DNA from: an uncultured archaeon
Lineage (GTDB): Archaea; Asgardarchaeota; Lokiarchaeia; Sigyniarchaeales; SOKP01
Assembly: GCA_964447495.1 (NCBI GenBank)
Contig: CAYUTF010000022.1
Span: forward strand, 1-40,566
Length of the DNA: 40,566 nucleotides
Reading direction: 5' to 3'
Shown here: positions 30,411-39,722 of the stretch, piece after piece
How positions within the stretch are numbered: the stretch's first letter is position 1
Layout: every line of letters begins with the position of its first letter
Position numbers and translations under genes: made by a program
The notes under the pieces: generated by a model
Databases searched by the model: none
What the model saw: the letters and a program-made list of their open reading frames with translations, nothing else
Told to the model about the DNA's origin: nothing

Positions 30411-31022
30411 ATGACGAATTATATTGAAGAACACTATATTCATTCAGAATATGATGAAATTTTTAATAATTGGTATGAAATTGAAGGCTTAAGAAAGATA
30501 AGAGAGCTTTCACGCCAACTCCGAACTTTTTTCAATTACAAGGCTGAAGTGATAAGATATCGATTTCATCCCAGTCCCATACTTATCAAAAATTATGTGA
30601 ACACTAAATTTTTTAGTCATAAACAAAAAATCGAATCTTTAGCTAAAGATTTCATTACTTTGCTTAAAAATGTAAAAAAATCAAATCAAACTGTTGAAGA
30701 AGGGATTCACTCTCTTTTTTTTAACAATAATAAAGCAATATTACAAAAACTCTTAGACCTCACAGAGAAATTGTTCATATTAATTCACTATTTATCAGAG
30801 GAGAGCATTTACGATCATCCAAAATTCCTCAAATTTATCATGGTATTGGCACAAAACACTTCATTGGTGAAAAAATGCTTAAATGCACAATTCAGCAAAT
30901 TTTATGAAGAGCTTGAAAAAAACTACAATCGTCTAGAAGGAGAATTGGAGGTTCTTTTAGAAAAAGAACCAACGAAGCCCATAAGATCAAAAACACAACT
31001 TGAGGAGAGATTAACATCATGA
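30411..31022 (+). CDS. Hypothetical helical protein, translationally coupled to the HNH gene
   Basis: 203-aa ORF whose stop overlaps the next start (ATGA at 31019-31022). Confidence 0.65.
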   Translation: MTNYIEEHYIHSEYDEIFNNWYEIEGLRKIRELSRQLRTFFNYKAEVIRYRFHPSPILIKNYVNTKFFSHKQKIESLAKDFITLLKNVKKSNQTVEEGIHSLFFNNNKAILQKLLDLTEKLFILIHYLSEESIYDHPKFLKFIMVLAQNTSLVKKCLNAQFSKFYEELEKNYNRLEGELEVLLEKEPTKPIRSKTQLEERLTS

Positions 31023-33382
31023 AGGTATATACCCCCGTGTCACGGAAAAATATAGGAGAGGATCGAGTGGCAATCTGTCCAAATTTTGGATGCGAATACA
31101 TGACACGAGTTAAACCTCTTAAATTGCGGTTCCTTGGGTTTGGTAAGCAACCTAAATGTAAGAAACATCGCATCCCTTTAGTCTATGTTGATGAGGGGAT
31201 TGTTGATTTTGTGGATGCCGCATTAGCGTGTTTGTTTGATAAAGCAGGACTTCCTCCTCGTGAATTGTTCAAGAGTATTAAAAAACAATTTCCCGATGAA
31301 ATTAACTCATTTATAGAAGGATGGATATATTGTATCACGATTGGAAGAGGCATATCAATAATTTCGCGTTACATGGACACGGTTTCGAATGTATATCTCA
31401 AGCAATTAACCAAAAAACAAATTAAAGCATTGAAGATAAGTAAAAATATTAAACCAAATCTTGTGAACAAAGCGATTAAAGATGGAATGGATGAAATTGC
31501 TATCCAATATGAAAGGATTCTTAAGCATCTGAGAGTCCATTCCGAGATCCTCAATGATCAACAAAAACTTCAGTCACTATCAAAAGGTCTTAGAAAATTC
31601 TTAGAAGAGTGGCAAAAAAATGCGCTTAAACATAATGAGATCATGAATTCAACAGAAATTAAGCGTGATATGACATTATTAGAAATCAAAACTAATTATG
31701 ATCAAATCCTAAACGTTGGAACTTGTCGATGTCTTCTTGGATTTAAATTTGAAAGTAAAGAACAAAAAGAAACAGGCTTAACAGCTTTTGATAGGTTTTC
31801 TGCTTATCATGATTTTTATATTGAAGGATTAACTACGAAATTTACTAAATCTGATATCTCAGCACTTTATTCAGAAAACGTCTTAATTAATAAATTAAAT
31901 AACTCGCCTGAAGAATGCTCTGATAATATGAATGAGGATAAAATTTCCGTAATTAAGAATAAATTAAAGAAAATTGATTGGTCTAAGGTGAGTAATTGTT
32001 GGCAAGTTAGATTTCGAAAAAATCAGTATTCTAATTATAAAATTATTGAATTAGATCCAAATAAGGAATGTTCTCAATGCAACCCCCTATATAAACATAA
32101 AAAATGGGTCAAGCGTGTTTATTATGATACGAGGTTTGATATGACAGATGAAAAATTAGCAGAATTATGTAATATTACTAAACTTACTGCTAATTATTGG
32201 CGTAGATATAAACACGGTATCATAGGAAAAGAGAAATGGGGAAAGGGCCGCTGGATTGATAATAGAAGTGGGAGAATTTATGTCAGAATATCAGATGATT
32301 ATAACCATCCTGAATTGAAAAAGAATCCAAGTAGAAAAAAAACTTATCGTCTTGAACATATCTTTATTATGGAACAATATTTGGCAAATCACCCAGAGTT
32401 AGATATATCTAGAAAGTATTTAATTAAAGGTAAATACCTCAAAATTGAATGTGAAGTACATCATATAAATTTTGATCCCCAAGATAACAAAATAGAAAAT
32501 TTATGGATATATGAAAATAAAAAAGCACATTCAATAGGAGAAAAATCGATAAGAAAAGTTTTTTCTGAGCTAATTATGTTGGGATGTATCTTATTCTCAA
32601 ATGGAAAATATTCTTTAAATCAAAACTTTGATCTTAATTTTCACTCTGATCCAGCACTCAAGGAATTTAAAAATTTTCAACCAATATCTTATCAGAACAT
32701 TAATTTGAATGATATAAAAGAAGTAATTAAAAAAATTAAATGGTATGAAATTTCAAATGATTGGAAAGTAATTAAACGATTCAATCAATTTAAGAATATA
32801 ATTATTGACCTAAATCCATATAAGGATTGCTCTGAAGAAAATCCGTTATATATGCATAAACACTGGTTTTCAAGGATATATAATGATCCAAACTTAAATT
32901 TATCTGATTCAAAAATGGGAAAGATTTGTAAAATCTCCAACGATAAGGCAAGATATTGGAGAGAAAAGATACACCAGATTGAAGGAAAAAAAGAATGGGG
33001 AAAAGACAAATTAATTGACAAATCTGATGGGCGTATTTGGATACGCGTTCCTAAAAGTTATTCAAATCCAGTTGTTAATAAAAAAGATACCCATCGAAGA
33101 ATAATGCTTGAACATAGATATATAATGGAAAAACACTTATCTGCTCATCCTGAATGGGGTATATCAAAAAGAACGCTTGAAAAAGGTAAATATTTGAAAT
33201 CAGATAGTGAAGTTCACCATATAAACCTTAATTATCAGGATAACAGATTAGAAAATCTATGGGTTTTTGAAGCTAATGATGAACATCAAGAAGCAAGAAG
33301 ATCTTTATATAAGCTAGTTGAAAAACTGATGAAATTGGAATTAATAAAATTTGAAAATGGATTTTATAGGTTAAATTATTAG
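31019..33382 (+). CDS. Protein with N-terminal Cys/His Zn-binding domain and two tandem HTH-like plus HNH endonuclease units
   Basis: CPNFGC...CKKH. Unit 1: EHIFIMEQYL...EVHHINFDPQDNKIENL...H. Unit 2: EHRYIMEKHL...EVHHINLNYQDNRLENL...H. Confidence 0.82.
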   Translation: MKVYTPVSRKNIGEDRVAICPNFGCEYMTRVKPLKLRFLGFGKQPKCKKHRIPLVYVDEGIVDFVDAALACLFDKAGLPPRELFKSIKKQFPDEINSFIEGWIYCITIGRGISIISRYMDTVSNVYLKQLTKKQIKALKISKNIKPNLVNKAIKDGMDEIAIQYERILKHLRVHSEILNDQQKLQSLSKGLRKFLEEWQKNALKHNEIMNSTEIKRDMTLLEIKTNYDQILNVGTCRCLLGFKFESKEQKETGLTAFDRFSAYHDFYIEGLTTKFTKSDISALYSENVLINKLNNSPEECSDNMNEDKISVIKNKLKKIDWSKVSNCWQVRFRKNQYSNYKIIELDPNKECSQCNPLYKHKKWVKRVYYDTRFDMTDEKLAELCNITKLTANYWRRYKHGIIGKEKWGKGRWIDNRSGRIYVRISDDYNHPELKKNPSRKKTYRLEHIFIMEQYLANHPELDISRKYLIKGKYLKIECEVHHINFDPQDNKIENLWIYENKKAHSIGEKSIRKVFSELIMLGCILFSNGKYSLNQNFDLNFHSDPALKEFKNFQPISYQNINLNDIKEVIKKIKWYEISNDWKVIKRFNQFKNIIIDLNPYKDCSEENPLYMHKHWFSRIYNDPNLNLSDSKMGKICKISNDKARYWREKIHQIEGKKEWGKDKLIDKSDGRIWIRVPKSYSNPVVNKKDTHRRIMLEHRYIMEKHLSAHPEWGISKRTLEKGKYLKSDSEVHHINLNYQDNRLENLWVFEANDEHQEARRSLYKLVEKLMKLELIKFENGFYRLNY

Positions 33383-33522
33383 AAAATGGTCAAATTTTAG
33401 GTCAAATGTAAAAACAACGATCAATTCAAATTACAATATTTTAAACAACAAAACCTGAAATTTTAAGAATTAGAGAATAGTAACAACATTATTATTTCAA
33501 ACATTATTAATTTTCTAGAAAG

Positions 33523-34789
33523 ATGTTAGAGCTAAAAAACTTAAAAAAGGAATGGCGAGCCATAATGTCCTGTATAGAATTTAGATATTTAATCTAATTC
33601 GCAGATGGGGTGTGGAGATTGTGGCTTCGCCATCCGTCCCGCTGTGGGCAGATATTTAACTTGTCCTGTAAAAGAGGCTAAAGGAGATCAAGGATTTGAG
33701 ATCTATTTTGCTCGAGGGCGTATGAATGTCCTTAAAAGCATCTTAGAAGGGAAAATACCATTAAGTCGAGAACTTGCAGAGTATGTGTATCAATGTTCTG
33801 AATGTGGTAATTGTACTGAAGTTTGTCATCAGAGTCAAAATGAATACATTATCCTTCCTACGAGCAAATGGATTGATCATGTTGAGGTGTGGAATGCATT
33901 AAGAAAAGATTTAGTAGAAGCAGGATTTGCACCTCTGGAAAAACATAGTAAATTGATTGCTTATATGAATAATGAAACCATGAGAAATCCTTATGGTGAA
34001 GATGAAAGTAAAAAATTCGAGTGGATCAAAGAATTTCCAAATATCAAAGAAAAAGCAGATTTGGTATTTTTCGGAGGCTGTACGATGCCATTGCGACAAG
34101 TAAGTACATTAAGAAGCATGATCAAGATTCTTAATGCATCTCAAATAGAATTAGCAATTTCAAAGGATGAATGGTGTTGTGGCTCCATCGCAATTCGCAT
34201 TGGCGATGAGGAATCCGTTAAGAAGAATATAAGACATAATGTTGATATCTATAGTGAAATGGGTGCCAAAACAGTATTTTCTGCATGTGCGGGGTGCTAT
34301 AGAACGTTAAAGAAAGATTATCCAAAAATTCTTGGTGAAGAATTACCCTTTGAGGTGAAACATATCACTGAAATTCTAATTGATTTATTGAAATCAGATA
34401 AAATCCCTTTTAAGGAAGATCAAGGAGAAAAGCAAGTAGTTACATATCATGATCCCTGCCATCTTGGTCGCCATATGAATCTTTATCAAATTCCTCGAGA
34501 GGTTCTTTCTAAAATACCTGGTGTTGAATTAGTGGAAATGAAAAGGAATAAAAAAAATGCTTGGTGTTGTGGTGCTGGTGGAGGAGTTAAAAGTCAATAT
34601 CCAACCTTAGCTTTAGACATTTCAAAAGATCGCATAATGGAAGCGATAAATACTGGCGCAGACATTCTAACTACTAGCTGTCCCTTCTGCATTGGAAATT
34701 TTATAGATGCCTATAATGATCTAGAACCAGAACTCCAAGAAAAGATTACTGTAATCGATATAATAGACTTAATTGCTTCAAAAATCTAA
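33523..34789 (+). CDS. Fe-S oxidoreductase (GlcF/GlpC/HdrD-like, 2x4Fe-4S plus 2xCCG), 411 aa after intron removal; join(33523..33575,33607..34789)
   Basis: Upstream mini-ORF MLELKNLKKEWRAIMSC supplies the first Cys. The spliced product reads SCMGCGDC...CP (CxxCxxC), followed by CSECGNCTEVC, WCCG, CAGC, YHDPCHLGR, CCGAGGG and CPFC. Confidence 0.88.
33576..33606 (+). other. Predicted 31-nt BHB intron in an mRNA
   Basis: Pre-mRNA: UC|CUGU|AU^A|GAAUU-U-AGAU-AUUUA-AUCU-AAUUC|GCAG|AU^G|GG. It has a central helix CUGU:GCAG, 3-nt bulges AUA and AUG, and an exon-exon helix of 33552-33566 with 33618-33633. Confidence 0.85.
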
Positions 34790-34982
34790 TTTCTATATTA
34801 TTAATTTTCTAGCAAAAATAATCCTTTCATATTTTTCGTTAAGGAAAAAATTTTTCAACGAGAATTAGGAGCAAACAAAGGTAGTAAATTTACAATTATT
34901 TTATCTGTTCTTGATTAATATTTCATAATGTATTACTATTTTTAAGATAAAAAAGTTCAGTAATAACATTCTAAAATGATTC

Positions 34983-35675
34983 ATGTTTTTCCTCTTTATG
35001 GAACATTTCGAAGATTATTTAAAACCAACCTACTTTTACGATTTTAATCATAAACCCGTTTATAACAAAGCTTTTGAAATAATCAATGGGTTAGATACTG
35101 TGAAAGAGAAAGCAATAGCTTTGTTTTACTGGGTACGAGATGAAATAAAGTATAATATGTCTACTTATAACCCCTCAGTTAAAATGAATTTCAGAGCAAG
35201 TGTTACTTTACGAAGAAAAAATGGGTTTTGTGTTTCAAAATCAATTTTATTATCTACGTTTGCGCGAGCAGTTGGAATACCAGCTCGAATTCATTTGTGT
35301 GATTTGATAAATCACAAAGTCTCTCAAAAAGTTATTGATTTCATGGGAACAAATGTTATGTATTATCATGGATATAGTGAATTTTTTATTAATAAAAAGT
35401 GGCTTAAACTTACCCCTTCGTTTGATAAACAAACAGCAATTAAGGGAAACTTTTTTCCCATGGTTGAATTTGACGGTGAAAATGATGCTGTTTTTCCCCC
35501 TTACGATAATGATGGAAATAGATTTGGAGAGTATCTTGAAGATCGGGGAGTGCATGCAGATTTACCACTTGATGATATTGAAGAATTATTCAAAGAAAAA
35601 TATTATGATCATATCTTAAATGCTAAATTTCAGCAGATGAGAAAACTGGACGATAAGAGTGTGTTACATAAATGA
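34983..35675 (+). CDS. Transglutaminase-like superfamily protein
   Basis: FYWVRDEIKY, GFCVSKS (catalytic Cys), RAVGIPAR and HGYSE motifs. The start may be the ATG at 34998. Confidence 0.88.
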   Translation: MFFLFMEHFEDYLKPTYFYDFNHKPVYNKAFEIINGLDTVKEKAIALFYWVRDEIKYNMSTYNPSVKMNFRASVTLRRKNGFCVSKSILLSTFARAVGIPARIHLCDLINHKVSQKVIDFMGTNVMYYHGYSEFFINKKWLKLTPSFDKQTAIKGNFFPMVEFDGENDAVFPPYDNDGNRFGEYLEDRGVHADLPLDDIEELFKEKYYDHILNAKFQQMRKLDDKSVLHK

Positions 35676-35686
35676 TAAAACTTTCT

Positions 35687-36604
35687 CTAAATGAAATAGT
35701 TTTCTTTTAGACCTATTTCTCTAAGATAAATTTTATACTTTCCTAATTTTCCGCCATAATTTCCAGCAGAAATCTTAATTAAACCCTCCATATCAATTAT
35801 ACCTTGAATTACTTTTACCATGGTTAATTCAATTGTTTTTATATCAACTGCATTAAACACTATTTCTGGAATTGATTTCACACCTATAGGTACTCTAAAT
35901 TCTTCGGAAGAAATTTTATCTTTCAAAGTTGGACAAAAAGGATGATTTGTCGAGGGTCCAATTTCAGGAAAATTAGTTTCAGGCTTAGAACCCGCAGAAC
36001 ATACATCAAAAGTTGTACAAACATTATCTATCTCTGCAATAATATTAACAGCTTCCCGTCCTACTTTGATGCCATTATTCACAGAATCGCAAAATAACCA
36101 TAAATTTCCTCCCATAACTCCTTTGGAGTAAGATATCTCTTCGTCTATTAAAAAATCATATCCCATCATAATGGGAACTGAAATTAGTTTACGGTTGAAT
36201 TTTGTAATTATCTCTTCATAACCATCTCCACAATGGCCCACATTATTCATCATGTTAAATTTTATCTCGCATTTTTCAGGAAAATAATCAAATACTGCTG
36301 TTGTAGGTACAACAAGAATACCTTGCCTCAATCTTAATCCTAATTGCTCATAAAATTTAGCTCGTGAACTTTTTCCTCCTCCAGTGACCCATAATTGTAC
36401 AATAGCACCAATTCTTCCATCTAAAGTTTCACGTTCAGTAAGCCATTTCACAATTCCCCCTTCGGCATCCCCAAAAACAGTTGATGGAAGAGCTGTAAAA
36501 GAATTTACTGCTCTATATAAAAATTCAGTATCTTGAGCAGTCACCATCAGCTGGACTACAAGACCTTCAAAGGCTTCGCAGTAGGTATCTTCTATGCTGG
36601 TCAT
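35687..36604 (-). CDS. ftr: Formylmethanofuran:tetrahydromethanopterin N-formyltransferase
   Basis: IEDTYCEAF, DGRIG, VPTTAVFD, GDGYE, GVMGGN, SAGSK, STNHPFCPTL, EIVFN and ISAGNYGGKLG motifs. The ATG at 36604 is preceded by GGAG. Confidence 0.92.
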   Translation of the reverse strand: MTSIEDTYCEAFEGLVVQLMVTAQDTEFLYRAVNSFTALPSTVFGDAEGGIVKWLTERETLDGRIGAIVQLWVTGGGKSSRAKFYEQLGLRLRQGILVVPTTAVFDYFPEKCEIKFNMMNNVGHCGDGYEEIITKFNRKLISVPIMMGYDFLIDEEISYSKGVMGGNLWLFCDSVNNGIKVGREAVNIIAEIDNVCTTFDVCSAGSKPETNFPEIGPSTNHPFCPTLKDKISSEEFRVPIGVKSIPEIVFNAVDIKTIELTMVKVIQGIIDMEGLIKISAGNYGGKLGKYKIYLREIGLKENYFI

Positions 36605-36746
36605 ATTTGACTCCTTTATGTCTTCTATTAGATTAATATTATTATTATCCAAATACTTTGATCAAATAAAAATTTAAAATCAAATACTTATTAATAAGTA
36701 ATTAAATACAAATTAACTTAGAAAATTCATAAAAATAGATAAGAAA

Positions 36747-37670
36747 ATGTCACCTCAAGCAATTTTTCTATATGAGATAGATAAATCTTTTGGTCCTAAC
36801 ATATTAGCTGAATATTTTTTAATCAAACAAGAACTACCAATTGAAATCTTAAAAGATTTTGCTGAGAAACATATAGAAAAAGAATATGAAAGTGCAATAT
36901 TTCAGAAAGATGAAATTAGATATTTCTCAAATAAGATTAATACAACGGCAATTGAGAAAGAAAATCTCTTTTTAGGGTTCATACTCAAAGAAGATGAAGA
37001 CATGGTTTCTATTAAAAGTATATTTGAGACAATAGAAGAAAAAATACTAAAAGACTATGATAGTGATAGAAAAAAAATGGAAGAGATTTTGAAAGACTCA
37101 TTACATTCTATTTTATCACTAATGGAAAAGCTGAAAGAGCCTACAATCATAATAGATACTATCAATGAGAAGACAAAAAAATTGTTAGATGATGGTAAAT
37201 TACAAGAAGCAAGAGAGTTAATAGATTTAGGAGAAGATGTTCCAGAGAAATTAGCAATGGAAATCAAACTTGCGGAACAATTTTTAAACGAGAAAGCATA
37301 TAAAAAAGCTAAGAAGAGCTATCTAAAAGCGGCAGAACTAGCTGAAATCATACAAGAGTATGAAATTGTATCATTTTTAAAATATAAAGCCGAAGAAATT
37401 GGGACTTTACCTGATTTAATAAAGGAAAGTGAGCAATTATATAAAACTATTAATGGGTTAATTGATTCTTTACATGATAACAAATTACATCTTTATCATG
37501 AATTGAATCAACCTTTGAATAGATTGATAAATATCTCTAGCTCCTTTGAAGAAAACGAAAAAATTTCAAAACTCACAGAACTTCTCTCTTTATGTAATCG
37601 TGCTGATAAATTAGCTAAAGAGTTATTTAATTTAGATAAAAAAGTTAAAGAAAGTATAGAAAATATATAA
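36747..37670 (+). CDS. Hypothetical protein with N-terminal longin/uDENN-like domain and C-terminal helical (TPR/SNAP-like) region
   Basis: IFLYEIDKSFGPNIL start, resembling the beta-strand-DxxxGP hairpin of longin-fold proteins; later AEQFLNEKAYKKAKKSYLKAAELA. Confidence 0.55.
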   Translation: MSPQAIFLYEIDKSFGPNILAEYFLIKQELPIEILKDFAEKHIEKEYESAIFQKDEIRYFSNKINTTAIEKENLFLGFILKEDEDMVSIKSIFETIEEKILKDYDSDRKKMEEILKDSLHSILSLMEKLKEPTIIIDTINEKTKKLLDDGKLQEARELIDLGEDVPEKLAMEIKLAEQFLNEKAYKKAKKSYLKAAELAEIIQEYEIVSFLKYKAEEIGTLPDLIKESEQLYKTINGLIDSLHDNKLHLYHELNQPLNRLINISSSFEENEKISKLTELLSLCNRADKLAKELFNLDKKVKESIENI

Positions 37671-37697
37671 AAAACAGCAGAAAAATAAGAAAACAGT

Positions 37698-39536
37698 TTA
37701 CTCTGTTGAGTGCTCTATATCTTCTCCTTCTTCAGAAATCTTCTCTTCTGGAGGAGAATAATCTCCAATATCAGGAAATATAATCCTTGCGATTTCCCAT
37801 CCTTTTTCTGTTGGATATGAGAGCGCATTTTCAATTAATTTTTCCCCTGATTCATTATTTAATTCTACCTTATGAATTATGGGATTATTATCTAAAATCA
37901 TCTCAAATTTCGCACCGCCACTCCCTGTAGGTACAATCAAGATACCGGCATCTATGGCTTTCTCATCTATAGCATCTTTAATACGTTTTGCAGCATAATA
38001 TCCCGCAACTCCCGCGCTTCTATCAAATGTTTTAATCGATGGAATTTCTAATCCCCATTTTTTACCTTGAGATTCGATTAATGCTGCTAATGTTTGACTT
38101 CTTTTTCCAAGCATAAATTTAAATTCCATCTGAGTATTAAAATCCTTTCCCTTTTCTTCACCAATTTTGATGATCGTTTTCAAAGTTGCTCCTGCTACTG
38201 ATGCTGGATTCACATCAATAACATATTCCTCTTCTGCTAAAATTTCTTCGATTGTCCTTTTAATCATCTCTCGTGGTTTTGAAAAATCGATTACTTCTTC
38301 TTCATCTTGCGTAGGAGGTTTAGCAGTAGCAACAATATCTGCACCTGCTTCCATTAATTCTTCTACGCTCATCTCTTCCATAACCACTTTATCTATAAAT
38401 CTTCTGCAAAGTTTAATTGAATTTCTTGGATTTCCTTGTGTTTTTTCATATATCATTTCAATTAATTTTTCATTTAAAGGAAACAATGGATATAATGGCG
38501 GATTTAAATTATTATCGTCCCAAAAAGTCTCCATGGTTTTTGAGTAAAAAATCTTAAGATCATTTAAACTAAATGGTTTTAATTCTTGTTCTGGCTCCAT
38601 TCGGGAACGTAAAGGTTGATCTGCAATCTCTAATATTCGAGGCCAAATTTCTTTTAGAACTGCTATAATAATGACTAATCCTTTTACTTCATTATATAAT
38701 CGTTTAAGGATTTCAAGAAACTTTCTTTCCGCAACTTCACCAAGCATACGATAGGGCGATTCTAGTTCATCAAAATAAAGGATTAAAACCCTATCTAAAT
38801 TTTCTGTAATGATTTTTATCATAGCAAGGCATACATCATCATCTTCTACCACACTATTAATTCCTAGCTCGCTTAATTCTTCAGTTTCAAGATCTTCTCC
38901 TAATAACCATCTTTCTGCTAATGCTTTTTTGTTTTTATCTAATTGATAGGTGACTAAAGCTTTAACACAATCAGCAAACACACCTGGAAACTCTCTAATT
39001 CCCTTTTGTATTACCTCTTCAATTTTAGGTTTTTGAAATAATCCGGCTTTTTTACCTCCCCATTTTTCAACAACCAACCTCTTTGATACAATATCAAGAA
39101 TTTCGGGACCCACTTCTTCAATAATACATGTATACACGTGAAGTAATACCCGAATACTAGCGGGAGGGCTTGGGACATAGATAATTGTCCAGTCTACAGG
39201 TTCAATTTGACTTACTTCAATCTCTTCTTCTTCAGTAGATTCTTCTAACTTTTTCCTATTTTCACGTTCTTTATCTTTAAATGAATGATATGCATGGGTT
39301 TTTCCGGTTCCCGCAGATCCTAAAATAGGGATGAGTCGTGAGGATCTATCTCGATACGTTTGACGAACCAAACGATACGCTTCACGATCAATATAACTTC
39401 TCGGGCGTGCGATATCAATTCTATCGGGAATATCTCCCCGAGAAACAAAATTAGAGAAAGGAAGGATTGGAGCTTCTCTAAGTACATCTAAATACATTTC
39501 TTTGTCATCGTCACTTAATTCAGAGTATATATTCAT
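37698..39536 (-). CDS. AAA+/P-loop ATPase with C-terminal alpha/beta domain
   Basis: Walker A GSAGTGKT, Walker B LILYFDELE, PLRSR (Arg-finger-like) and GNPR (sensor-2-like). Confidence 0.8.
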   Translation of the reverse strand: MNIYSELSDDDKEMYLDVLREAPILPFSNFVSRGDIPDRIDIARPRSYIDREAYRLVRQTYRDRSSRLIPILGSAGTGKTHAYHSFKDKERENRKKLEESTEEEEIEVSQIEPVDWTIIYVPSPPASIRVLLHVYTCIIEEVGPEILDIVSKRLVVEKWGGKKAGLFQKPKIEEVIQKGIREFPGVFADCVKALVTYQLDKNKKALAERWLLGEDLETEELSELGINSVVEDDDVCLAMIKIITENLDRVLILYFDELESPYRMLGEVAERKFLEILKRLYNEVKGLVIIIAVLKEIWPRILEIADQPLRSRMEPEQELKPFSLNDLKIFYSKTMETFWDDNNLNPPLYPLFPLNEKLIEMIYEKTQGNPRNSIKLCRRFIDKVVMEEMSVEELMEAGADIVATAKPPTQDEEEVIDFSKPREMIKRTIEEILAEEEYVIDVNPASVAGATLKTIIKIGEEKGKDFNTQMEFKFMLGKRSQTLAALIESQGKKWGLEIPSIKTFDRSAGVAGYYAAKRIKDAIDEKAIDAGILIVPTGSGGAKFEMILDNNPIIHKVELNNESGEKLIENALSYPTEKGWEIARIIFPDIGDYSPPEEKISEEGEDIEHSTE

Positions 39537-39722
39537 CCACTCCTAAAGTATTTTAAATATTTCATAACATATTTTGTAATTGGAATAAATTTATTAATCT
39601 AAACAATTTTTTTTAGATTAGAAGCTTAAATATTTTTAGCTTTAAGTATTAATATTTAAATTTATATTTAAAAATTTAAGTGAACGTAATATCTACACAT
39701 TTTTTTTAGGTGATACAATTTT

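Noticed and set aside
34838-34918. Frame VKEKIFQRELGANKGSKFTIILSVLD* resembling a histidine-kinase ATPase C-terminus
   Set aside because: Only 26 codons with no start. It may be a relic but is too short to call.
39622-39660. Imperfect palindromes upstream of hsp20 as a heat-shock operator
   Set aside because: Almost entirely A/T, so expected by chance at this composition.
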